From Octopus sinensis (Eukaryota): a stretch of DNA of 64,000 nucleotides. Under the pieces are notes generated by a model that worked only from the letters and a program-made list of their open reading frames with translations, was not told the DNA's origin and searched no databases. The position numbers were made by a program, and so were the translations under genes. This document shows positions 53,720 to 64,000 of the stretch, in pieces; positions within the stretch are counted from its first letter, which is position 1, and the number at the start of each line of letters is the position of its first letter. The stretch is from positions 63,550,001 through 63,614,000 of the forward strand of contig NC_042997.1 in the NCBI RefSeq assembly GCF_006345805.1, read 5' to 3'.

Positions 53720-55087
53720 ATAAGAAAGCCAAAGAGGTAAACAATGAAAACAGTTAAGAATGGACAGTGGTATAAATATTTGAGAGTATTGTGGCGAGAT
53801 GTAATAAACAAGAAGCGATGAAAAATATAACCATTTGGGAGTATACAAGGAGAGTGAGAAATCTATTACGGTCAAAGTCGAATTCAACAAAGTTATTGAA
53901 ACAATAAATGCAAGAACAGTACGGGTAAACAGATATGAAAATAGTAGCGGAATTGTAGACTGGACAAAAAGCGACATACAGAAAGTTGACAGAAAAACTA
54001 GAAAGATGTTCATAACATATTGAACCTATCATCCAAAAGCTGATAGTAAACGGCTGTATTAGGAAAGAGATCAGGCTGGAAGAATATTAAAGGGTGTGGA
54101 TGAGCGTGTACAGAAGGAAAGGAAAAAAACCTACTAGAATATCTACAGAACAGCACTACTAAAGGCAGTGAATAAAGAACAGGTGATCAAGTGTGAAATA
54201 GGTGAAAAGGACAAACATGAGACTCAAAGAGAGCATGTTAAAGAGATTGAAGAGAAATCTCTTTTCTTGGTTAGTTTTGGAAAGGATTTTTGGATGTATG
54301 TGGAACAAATACCTGGGCCGGTTTGAAAATGAAATGAAGAAACACAGAAGTTTATTATAGCAGCTGAAGATCAAGCGTTAAAAATAAGTAACTTAAGAGA
54401 ATATGCGTTTGTGGAGAAGGAATAAACAAAATGAACAATGAGTGGAATTCGAGATGAAACAATTGCCGACATTGTTGCAGAATATTCCACGTTGGCTCGG
54501 AAAGAATATTAGAAATGGAGGCATGAGCAAATTGTAATAGTTTTGCACTAGAAGCTTAGTCAGAAATAGGGATTTGAATCTGGAAGTTCTTGTTATAATC
54601 ATAGATTTGAACTAAAGCTTGAGTCAGAGAAATGGGGATTTTATGCAAGTTTTCTATTCAAACGAGTATGAAGGTAGAAAATAATAAACCAGATATAATG
54701 ATAGATATTGAAAAACGAAAATACTTACTAATTGATCCATCATGTCCCTTTAATTCCAAGTTTGTAAAGAAAGGTGGATAAAAACTAAGAGAAATACAAT
54801 ATCTTCAAATTTGAAATTACGAGTATTTGGAATATAAATTTGTGCCAGTAATGACTGGTGCTTAGGGAACTCTCAATAAGAATACAGACAAATGGTTGGA
54901 TATTAGAATGGAATGTCATGAAGAGTTTCAACAGGAAGTTTGCTTCTTAGGGATAGGGAAGATTATCAAAAGGGCTTTGTGCACTTGAAGATTATTGAAA
55001 GCTTGTGGATGTCGAAGGTTACAGGTAGTAACTTGCTACCTGCATAAATTCTCCTTCAAATAAGAATAAACCTTAGTCAACTCGAAC
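53720..55087 (+). mobile_element. Decayed Dong/R4-like LINE, RT C-terminus to 3' UTR
   Basis: YKYLRVL, IVDWTKSDIQKVDRKTRKMF, YHPKADSKRLY, IIAAEDQ, ETIADIVAE, NNKPDI; preceded by (TAA)n. Confidence 0.85.
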
Positions 55088-55113
55088 AATACTAAAAATA
55101 TTAATAACGCCCA

Positions 55114-55513
55114 ACCCTGATGGAATAGTAGGCTGTGGCTTTCATGGCTAATGATCTTAACCAAATGTAAGCGTTTAGATGTACATGTTTTGTTATGGTG
55201 TTAAAATGGGCAACAAAAAATATTCCGCTCAATATCACAGATTCGTATCTCACGTGATTGACCTCAACCTGTTGAGCATGTCTCTTAGTGGCTGACAATA
55301 TATGCATCACTGATCACTAGCAAGGATAATGGGGGAGCATCATAACCAGATTTTGAGAATTTTGGGAGGATTGAACAATTAACCCTTGGAAACATAGGTG
55401 TCCATCATTCTTAAACAAGCCTTATTCAAGGACCTTTTGAGTGAGATGTGCTATTCGACCTGAAGAAAATTCTGAGTCATGCGCTGTTTACCTTGATATG
55501 AGGTGATCATGTC
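55114..55513 (+). mobile_element. (TAA)n-associated retroposon, diverged 3'-truncated copy
   Basis: Matches the reverse complement of copies 1 and 2. Confidence 0.8.
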
Positions 55514-56027
55514 ATGTGTCTGCAATAGAGTGGATGAAACCATTGCCCATAGCATGAATAAATGCCCGAGACTTGCTCAAAACCATAAGTTGTGGGGACA
55601 CGATCCGGTAGCGATAGTATTACATTGGAAACTGTGCGAAAAGTGGGAGCTAGAGAGAGACAAGACGTGGTATGAGCACAAACCACAGAGAGTGGTGGTG
55701 TCGGAGACTAGCAACAATTTCTGGGATTTTCCAAACCAAATAGATTAGGGGCTAGAGAATACCAGACCGGACCTAGTGATGGTAGATATGGTGCCCCATA
55801 TATGCTATATAGTTAATGCTGTATGCCCCTTTCACCTACGAATATTCAAGAAGGAATGCAAAACGATAGATAAATACAACCCTCTCAAGTTCGAAATAGC
55901 TCGGCTATGGAAAATGGAGTGAAGATTGAGTCAATTATTGTCGGATCTTTGGGAACAGTAACAGAAGTCATCATGAGGAATATGGAGAAAATTGGAATTG
56001 AATACCCAGTAGAACTGTTACAAAATT
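55514..56027 (+). mobile_element. Dong/R4-like 3' fragment
   Basis: CVCNRVDETIAHSMNKCPRLAQ..HDPVAIVLHWKLC..WYEHKP..FWDFP..RPDLV. Confidence 0.85.
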
Positions 56028-56567
56028 TGATGCAATACCCGGCTCTGGCTCGCATGGCGTCTGATTAGAAGTGTTATCATGTACATGTTTTGTTTTGGTA
56101 TACAAGATGGCTACAGCAAATATTCTGCTGAATACTACAGATTCGCTAGTCCTTTGTTTGACCATAACCAGTTGCTGATGCTCCTTAGGAGCTGACAATA
56201 TGTGTATGTCTCATCACGAGCAGGAGTATTTGGGAAGCATCGTAGCCATCTTTTAAGAGGAATTCGTTAGGGTTTGAATAATTGACCACTGGAAACATAG
56301 ATGTTTCGTGGAACATCTTTAAACAACTCTAATTCAGCGACCTTTTGAGTAGGATGAGATACTCGACCTGAAGAAAATTCTAAGTGGGTACCCACCTGCA
56401 AGGACATGCGCTAGTTATCTTGGTATAAGAGCATCATGTTGTGCATATATGGTTGTGATACATGTGCTTATTGTACCTCTATCAGACGGATAATAATGAT
56501 GGGTATATTGGGCTTCGTATATTTGTAGTCCAGTGTTACTTTAATGGCATGTGCCGCTTTCTTACTC
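56028..56567 (+). mobile_element. (TAA)n-associated retroposon, diverged full copy
   Basis: Colinear with the other copies; ends CTTACTC(AAT)n. Confidence 0.85.
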
Positions 56568-56649
56568 AATAATAATACTAATGATAATGACAATGATAAT
56601 GATGATAATAAAAATGATGCTGATGATAATAATAATAATGATGATGACT

Positions 56650-56689
<40 letters not shown>

Positions 56690-56900
56690 CGACGACGACG
56701 ACAACGAAAACAAGAAGAAGAAGAAGAAGAAGAAGAAGAAGAAGAAGAAGAAGAAAGAAGAAGAAGAAAAGAAGAAGAAGAAGAAGAAGAAGAAGAAGAA
56801 GAAGAAGAAGAAGAAGAAGAAGAAGAAGAAGAAGAAGAAGAAGAGGAGGAGAAAAAGAAGACGAAGAAAAAGAAGAAGATAAAGAACAGCAACAATAACA
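56568..56900. repeat. Compound (AAT)/(GAT)/(GAC)/(AAG) array
   Basis: Seen directly in the sequence. Confidence 0.95.
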
Positions 56901-57198
56901 AAGGAAATAATGGCAACAAACTCATTTTGTTTGACAATAATAAGAGAAGTAAACCAGAAGAAATGATTTCAAAGCAGTTTGTTTAATGTGTGTAGCAGAA
57001 ACATAAAAGATGCTTTTAAAGAACTGAAATTGATACTGACGGAGTGAATGGAAACAATAAAATGGATAAAAGTCACAACTATTTCCACAAACTAAATAAA
57101 CAGTAAACCCAAAGTAATTGCAGACTGCCCACACAAACAAAAAAAAAATGCTTGCGAAGGCATGCATTACGATCAAAATAATTTCAAGAGGAGTAATA

Positions 57199-57405
57199 TC
57201 TATTTCTTTACTACTCACAAGGGGCTAAACACAGAGAGGACAAACAAGGACAGACAAATGGATTAAGTCAATTATATCGACCCTAGTGCGTAACTGGTAC
57301 TTATTTAATCGACCCCGAAAGGATCAAAGGCAAAGTCGACCGCGGCGGAATTTGAACTCAGAACGTAACGGCAGACGAAATACCACTAAGCATTTCGCCC
57401 GGCAT
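57199..57405 (-). mobile_element. Meta-like SINE, 5'-truncated
   Basis: Reverse complement of the 33773 family. Confidence 0.85.
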
Positions 57406-58144
57406 CAAAGGGGCCTAATTTACACCAGGAAAAAGTAACCTGCCACCAGAGTGAGAGATGATTTGCTGGAACTGATGTCTGTAAAAATAATTTAGTAATT
57501 AATAACGATAAAACCGACAACTGTAGACGGTGTTTATAAAGAGTTTACGTTGATATATTATCTGGAGGCTATTTATACTGTATTTCGGGGGCGGAGGACC
57601 TTCAGGTGCACTAGTAATGATGTACGTAAAGCATATATGTAAATGTGCGTCTTTAGCCATGAAGCGAGGCAAGTAAGCTGAGTTTCATGGAATAACCTTA
57701 TCGGAAGAATGGATTTTTATGCCCTGATAACAATAGAAGCAAGTATCTCGGCATATCGGAGTTCGATAATATGCATAAATGAATAACTAAAAGGAAGGAC
57801 ACAATGAAAACAATATACACGTAAAGATTAACGTTTCTATTGAAGATCAAACTAAACTTAAGATATTTGATAAATGCGATAAACCATAGGAGATTGCCGT
57901 CAAAACTTACCGTGCTGGAATAGGGAATTGGATGAAATAAATACATGAGACAAAGGAAATGAAATAATAAAAAAAAAGTCCCTTACTATACATGGAGCGC
58001 TTCATGCATAGGCAAATGCAACTGAGACATGAAACGGAAGATTGGAGAGAAAGGTACTTCTCATTGTGTGGATAGAGATTAGGAGTCAGTAAATCAATGC
58101 CTTGCAAAGCGTTAAGAACAATTTAAGCATGTTGCGATAAAAAA

Positions 58145-58191
<47 letters not shown>

Positions 58192-58192
58192 T

Positions 58193-58272
<80 letters not shown>

Positions 58273-58488
58273 CATTAGCACGCTGGTTAGCGGTATTTCA
58301 TTAATCGTTATGTTCTGAGCTTTCCACCTTTTCGGTGTCAGTAAAATAAATATCGGTTGAGTACTGGGTCTATGTAATTGACTTATTCCTCCCATCCCAT
58401 CAAAATTGCTGATCTCGTGCCACAACTAGAAAGAATTATTATTGGTGCTGCTTTTATAGTTGTTGGTGTTGTTATTATTATTATTATT

Positions 58489-58935
58489 GAGTGAGAGAGC
58501 AGTGCATGCCATCAAAGTGACACTGGGGTAAAATATACGAAGCCCAGTATACCCATCATGACTACCCGTCTGATAAGGGTACACCAGGCACATGCATCAC
58601 AACCATATGTGCGCGACATGGTGATCTCATATCAAGAGAAACAGCGCATGACCTTGCAGGTGGGGCCCAGTTAGAATTTTCTTCAGGTCGAGTAACCCAT
58701 CCCACTCAAAAGGTCCCTGAATAAGGGTTGTTTAAGGATTTTGAACAAAACACCCATGTTTCCAGAGGTAAAGTTTTCAAACCCCAAAGAATCTCTCTCA
58801 ACACACGGCTATGATGCTCCCCCACTACTTCTGCTCGTGATCAGAGATGCACATATCGTCAGCCACTAAGGGACATGCTCAACTGGTTACGGTCAAACAA
58901 CTGACAAGCAAATCTGTGGTATTGAGCAGAATATT
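58489..58935 (-). mobile_element. (TAA)n-associated retroposon, 5'-truncated copy
   Basis: Near-identical to copy 1; flanked by (TTA)n on both sides. Confidence 0.9.
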
Positions 58936-58953
58936 ATTATTATTATTATTATT

Positions 58954-59789
58954 CAGTAGTTTTATTTTTATAGCGTGCTTTCACTTCACTACCGAGCGCA
59001 GCTCTGTGTGCCTTGGGTATGTGCTGTGATTTGTTGTGATGCTCTGATGGTTATTGTATGGAAAGTGTTCTGCGTAGGATGTGTGCAGTGCCTAGTAGTG
59101 CAATTTTCTGTATGTTATATGTGTTTGTAAGTCCTAGTGTTTTTGTTATGTATTTGTCTGAATATTTTTTTATCATGCCTAATGCACCTACTATGATAGG
59201 AATTGTTTCTGTTTTCAGATTCCACATTCTAGTTACCTCTATTTCCAGGTCTTTGTATTTTGAGAGTTTCTCCATTTCTTTTAGAGACACGTTGTCATCT
59301 GCCGGTATTGATACATCAATTAGAAAGCATTTTTCTTCTTCATGAACTCTGACAACTATATCTGGTCTGTTGGCCTTAATTTCTCTATCTGTGTGTATCG
59401 GCATATCCCAGAGTATGGTTGCTTTCTCGTTTTCTGTGACCTTTTCTGGTGTGTGCCTATACCATCTTTTTTCTGTTGTTATTCCATAATGTTGGCATAT
59501 CTTCCAATGTATGTAGGTTCCAACTCTGTCATGTCTGTGAATATATTCCTTATTAGCCAGGACTGGGCAGCTAGAGATAATATGATTTATTGTTTCTTGT
59601 CCATCTCCACATATTCTGCAGTTACTTGTAATATTTCTTTTCATTACATGTTTTTGGTAATTTCTGGTGGGGAGGCTTTGGTCTTGTGCTGCAATTAAAA
59701 ATCCCTCTGTTTCTGCTTTGAGTCCTGAACTTCTCAACCATTGCTGGGATTTTTCTTTGTCTATTTCTTTTGCGTTTAGTTTAGTGCAG

Positions 59790-59794
<5 letters not shown>
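58954..59794 (-). mobile_element. Young 5'-truncated Dong/R4-like LINE (open 228-codon knuckle plus RLE frame)
   Basis: GLKAETEGFLIAAQDQ, CRICG..ETINHIISSC, RHD, RPDIV, IDVSIP, KLSKYKDL; (AAT)n on both sides. Confidence 0.92.
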
Positions 59795-59864
<70 letters not shown>

Positions 59865-59984
59865 GTTTCTTTTTATTTATGGTTTCATTTCATTTCAGCC
59901 ACCTTAGTACCGGGCATCCTCCGGAGGCTAAGAGAAGCAAGGGCACTTTTGTTTGGCTATGCAAGCTAAAAGTATCCCCACATT

Positions 59985-60140
59985 TATTCCATTTTAGGTG
60001 CAATAAATTTGGTGTCCATCAAATTTATTGTTGTTTGTAGTTCATGGCGATTGGAATTACCAGAGAGTTGCTTAATATACTTATCAGGTTCCTTCTTTAT
60101 CATTTCCAATGCACCAATTACTACTGGTATAGTTGTAGTA
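59985..60140 (-). mobile_element. Short Dong/R4-like C-terminal scrap
   Basis: TTTIPVVIGALEMIKK..ELQT. Confidence 0.6.
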
Positions 60141-60163
60141 CTAAACTTCAACATAGAATTATA

Positions 60164-60375
60164 AGGCGGCGAGTTGGCAGAATCATTAGCGTGCCGGGCG
60201 AAAGGCAGAGCGGTATTTCGTCGGCCTTTACATTCTGAGTTCAAATTCTACTGAAGTCGACTTTGCCTTCTATCCTTTCAGGGCCGATAAATTAAGGACC
60301 AGTGAAACACCGGGGTCAATATAATCGAATTGATCCCTAGCTCCAAAATTGAGGCCATGTGCCTCCAGTAGAAAT
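60164..60375 (+). mobile_element. Meta-like SINE
   Basis: GGCGGCGAGTTGGCAGAATC...GAGTTCAAATTC...GTCGACTTTGCCTT. Confidence 0.85.
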
Positions 60376-60391
60376 AATTATTATTATTATT

Positions 60392-60922
60392 AACTGAGAG
60401 ATCGGTAAATGCCATCAAAGTGACACTCGAGTAAAATATACGACACCCGATATGCCCACCATGACTATCCGTCTGAGAAGTGTGCTCCAGGCACATGCAG
60501 CACAACCATTTATACGTGACAGTGTGATCTCATATCAAGATAAACAGCGTATGATATCGCAGGTGAGGTCTAGTTCCAATTTATTTCTGGTCGAGTAACC
60601 AGCTCAAAATGTCCCTGAATAAGGGTTGTTTAAGAATGTTGAACCAAACATTAAAGTTTCCAGAGGTTAATTATTCAAACCCCCAAAGAATTCCTCACAA
60701 CACATGGCTATGATGCTCCCCCACTACTTCTCCTCGTGATGAGAGCAGCACATATGGTCAGCCACTGGTTAAGGTCAGGCAACTGAGTAAATCTGTGGTA
60801 TTGAGCAGAACATATACTGTAGCCCATCTTTTATACCTAGTCAAAACAATGTACATGATAATACTGCCAATCAGTTTACATCAGAAGCCACGAAAGTCAC
60901 TGCCTGTTACTGCAACAGGGCC
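60392..60922 (-). mobile_element. (TAA)n-associated retroposon, diverged copy
   Basis: Colinear with copy 2; flanked by (TTA)n. Confidence 0.85.
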
Positions 60923-60971
60923 TTTATTAATATTATTATTATTATTATTATTATTATTATCATTATTATTA

Positions 60972-61011
<40 letters not shown>

Positions 61012-62842
61012 GCTATTATTATTATCGTTATTATTGTTGTTGATGTCGTTGTTTTCGTCGTCGACGTTTCTCTCCTTGTCGATATTGTGGATGTTCTTTT
61101 ATACCATTTAAAATTATAATTTGGTACTAATTTAGCGAGATTTTCATTATCATACATCTAAATGCTACGAATTTGTTATATTGTATATGGCTAAAATAGT
61201 CGTTCTTAGGCATTTGGTAAATTCTTTCTATTCAGTATACTTGTTTTTTCTTCTGCATTATCATTGCTGTTTTACATTTTGTTCTTTCAAGTCTAACGAA
61301 CACTAATCATAGCTTATCAACTAAAGATGTGTTTTCTTTATTTTTTACGTTGAGATCATTCCAGAGATTTATGTTTTATTAACATTAGAAACAATTCACA
61401 GCATCTATTTAATGATATCTTGGTCGTTACCCGTCACTACGCTGCCAGTAAAAGTATTTGTTAATCATACACGTACAATCATAAATTGTTCAAAATGGAA
61501 GTATTTTCCTGTAATGTTGAAACACACACAAACACACACACACACTCACACACAATATAAACAAACAAAAAACTTTGTATTTTATATCAACATATAGTCG
61601 TTTTTGAATTCTGTGCTGCGTTGTGTTGACTTGCACTTAAAATTCCTGCGTTTTAAATAAAAATTTGTCACCTTAGTAAAAGGTGATAAGAGTACCCATT
61701 TATCTTGCACGCATGCACACACACACACTCACAAACATACATACATACTCTTTCTCTCCTCTCGCTCTTCTACTTTCTCTCACAGTATATCTCTCTAAGC
61801 AAAAAACTTTTCTCCTCCTCTTCTGTCCTCCGTACACAGATGTTGTGACGGTCAGACAGACGCAGATCAGCGTATGTTTTATAAAGTAAGATTTAATGCC
61901 TGCATGACTATCCTTAAACGAAGACAGTCAAATAGTGAAATCGTTCTGAGGTGCATTGAAATCTAAGCGTATGAGCTTTAAATAAAATAACACTTTTGTT
62001 TAAATAACGTATATTGTCTTACATTCAAAGTAGCTTCAATTCTGTTTAAGTAGAAACCCGAAACAACTCTCGTGGTATATTAGCAATATTTATTGTGAGC
62101 TTTGTTAATGGAAACATGTCTCTGTAATTTAGTTATTGCTATCTGTGATGTCATTCCATTATCTATTGCATAGACTGTTGCTTTTGATGTTTTATTATTG
62201 CTGTGCTGATTGTAATTCTTACTATTACCGCTGTCGAGTCTTCTTCATGTTGTTTTTAGTGCCCCTAGTGGTCCTTTCTGCTGCCATTGCTGTCATTGTT
62301 ACGCATAATAAAACAAAACAAGAGAAAACTTTTGCGTTGTTACTACAGTGGAACATTTTACATACATATTTTTATTAATCTGTTGATGTTTATAGTCCAG
62401 CTGTTCGAGATCCCGTCATTGATCTTTTATCGTTTGTTGCTGACGCGACGACGTTGGATTTTGCTATTAATGCCGTCACTAGTGCTGCTACTGGTGTTCA
62501 AAGTACTTTTATGATATGGTTGTTTTTTTATGTTTTCATTGGTATTTCTTGCAGTAAATCTGATTGGAAATAACGGAAAAAATTTATGCATTTGCTCATT
62601 TCATTTACTTTTATGGCCGATAATATTGTTATTTTTTTACACTGGTGCTGTATTTCTTTCACAGGATGGTAAAATACTCCATTCATTTCAAGTATTGGTT
62701 TCTCTTAATGAAACTTGTGCTGCATTTTGTATGGAAAATGTGCTGTAAATCACCCATTAATTAAATAGAATTTGTACATTAATATTGCAACTTGAGACGC
62801 CTTTAACGCTATATTGCGTTCTTATGAGTGTATATATATATA

Positions 62843-62887
<45 letters not shown>

Positions 62888-62932
62888 TGATCAAAATAAA
62901 AATAAAAATAAAAACATGAGGCGAAGGATTCA

Positions 62933-63010
62933 GCGGTACATATGTTTCGGGCCTTTATTAGACAGATTCATAACAAATCATAATGTATGTCTGTGGCCTT
63001 CTTCAGCCGC
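62933..63010 (-). ncRNA. Minimal hammerhead ribozyme motif, intact core
   Basis: GCGG-CUGAAGA-A-GGCC...GGCC-C-GAAA-CAUAUG-UA-CCGC: stem I, core, long stem II, palindromic helix III and a GUA site. Confidence 0.8.
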
Positions 63011-63855
63011 GCACAACAGCTTCCACAAGGACATGTGTTACTTCCGAAATTCTTGGTTGGGGATGCAAATCTTCTCGTTCCCGTACGACATAATGCGGCA
63101 GCAGCATCGAATTGAATCGTCCATCTCTTTCTTCTCTCAATGTAGAATGAGGAAACTTGGATGTTGAGGTAATGTAAATAAATAAATACGTATATAGAGG
63201 TGAAGATGGAGGGGCGAGAGTTCGGGACGAGGGATAAAAAATATAAAATAATATAAAATAATATAAAAATGTAGAGGATAAAGATATAAAGAGTTGTAAG
63301 GAGATGTAAAGGGGGTATAAAGAAATATAAAGAAATATAAATAAATGAAAAGGCATAATGTTGTAAAGTAAAAATAGAAATGGAAATAATAGTAAAAGAA
63401 GTAAAAGAACCTGATAAAAACATGATAAAAGTGTAAAAGAATGTAAAGATAAGGGATGTATAGAGGTCGCGGACCCAGCATGGTGGTCAGGAGATTGATA
63501 AAACTTAGTTGTAGAACTGTCAGTAAATTAACGGTTTCGTCGTAAATCAGAGCTGATGAGAGTTTAATCTGGTTCCTTGAATTAAATGGACTTCCAGTAC
63601 ATACATATCATCATGGGTACATACACCCACATACACGCGTACATATACGTCTCCAAGTCTATAAGCAAACACACGCACTCGCGTGTAAACACGTACATAA
63701 ACACGCACGCACCCACACGCACGCGCGCACACACACATACATACAACAGAATATCCGCATATATAGACGGACATTACGCGCGTACACGCTCACATGAATA
63801 TACGCGCGCCCCTCACTACATACGTACACGTATATGCCCACGTCTCTAGGTCTAG

Positions 63856-64000
63856 GTATAAGATATTAAAGGATGTGTATAAGAACGTATGTAAAGAATC
63901 CCGTACTCATGTTAATACGCGCATGCACACACGGCTGTGTGTGCGTGCGCGTATTAACATGAGTACGGGATTCTTATACACATCCTTTAATATCTTATAC
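63856..64000. repeat. Fold-back inverted repeat running off the window end
   Basis: Centred at ~63933; the arms match except for a 13-nt insertion and two transitions. Confidence 0.9.

Noticed and set aside
56544-56937. Poly-D/K/R/S ORFs, and similar YI/CV/MYVC/poly-I ORFs throughout the window
   Set aside because: They are translations of simple repeats with no coding evidence.

Overview
AT-rich, microsatellite-dense eukaryotic DNA. The SINE, Dong/R4 and Penelope repeat content resembles an octopus genome, which is my inference from recalled repeat families and is not verified. I can support no intact host gene; almost all short ORFs in the track are microsatellite or transposon artefacts. 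The main content is: (1) one essentially full-length Dong/R4-clade non-LTR retrotransposon with RT and restriction-like endonuclease (16030-20243, minus), plus about eight fragments of related families, mostly stacked strand-specifically in (TAA)n arrays at 13.7-20.9 kb and 53.6-61 kb; (2) six copies of a ~530-bp non-coding, G-U-stem-rich retroposon that shares those (TAA)n sites; (3) Penelope-like relics, comprising an RT/GIY-YIG remnant, inverted/direct pLTR-like repeats and eight minimal hammerhead-ribozyme motifs, one of them behind a tRNA-type Pol III head; (4) tRNA-derived SINEs, two mariner relics, a CR1-like RT, an RTE scrap, a non-autonomous Helitron and a piggyBac-like end; (5) several locally templated duplications and fold-back hairpins; (6) a background at about 1.9-22.3 kb that reads as decayed, intronless, unidentified protein-coding sequence, a candidate ancient endogenous viral or giant-transposon relic.
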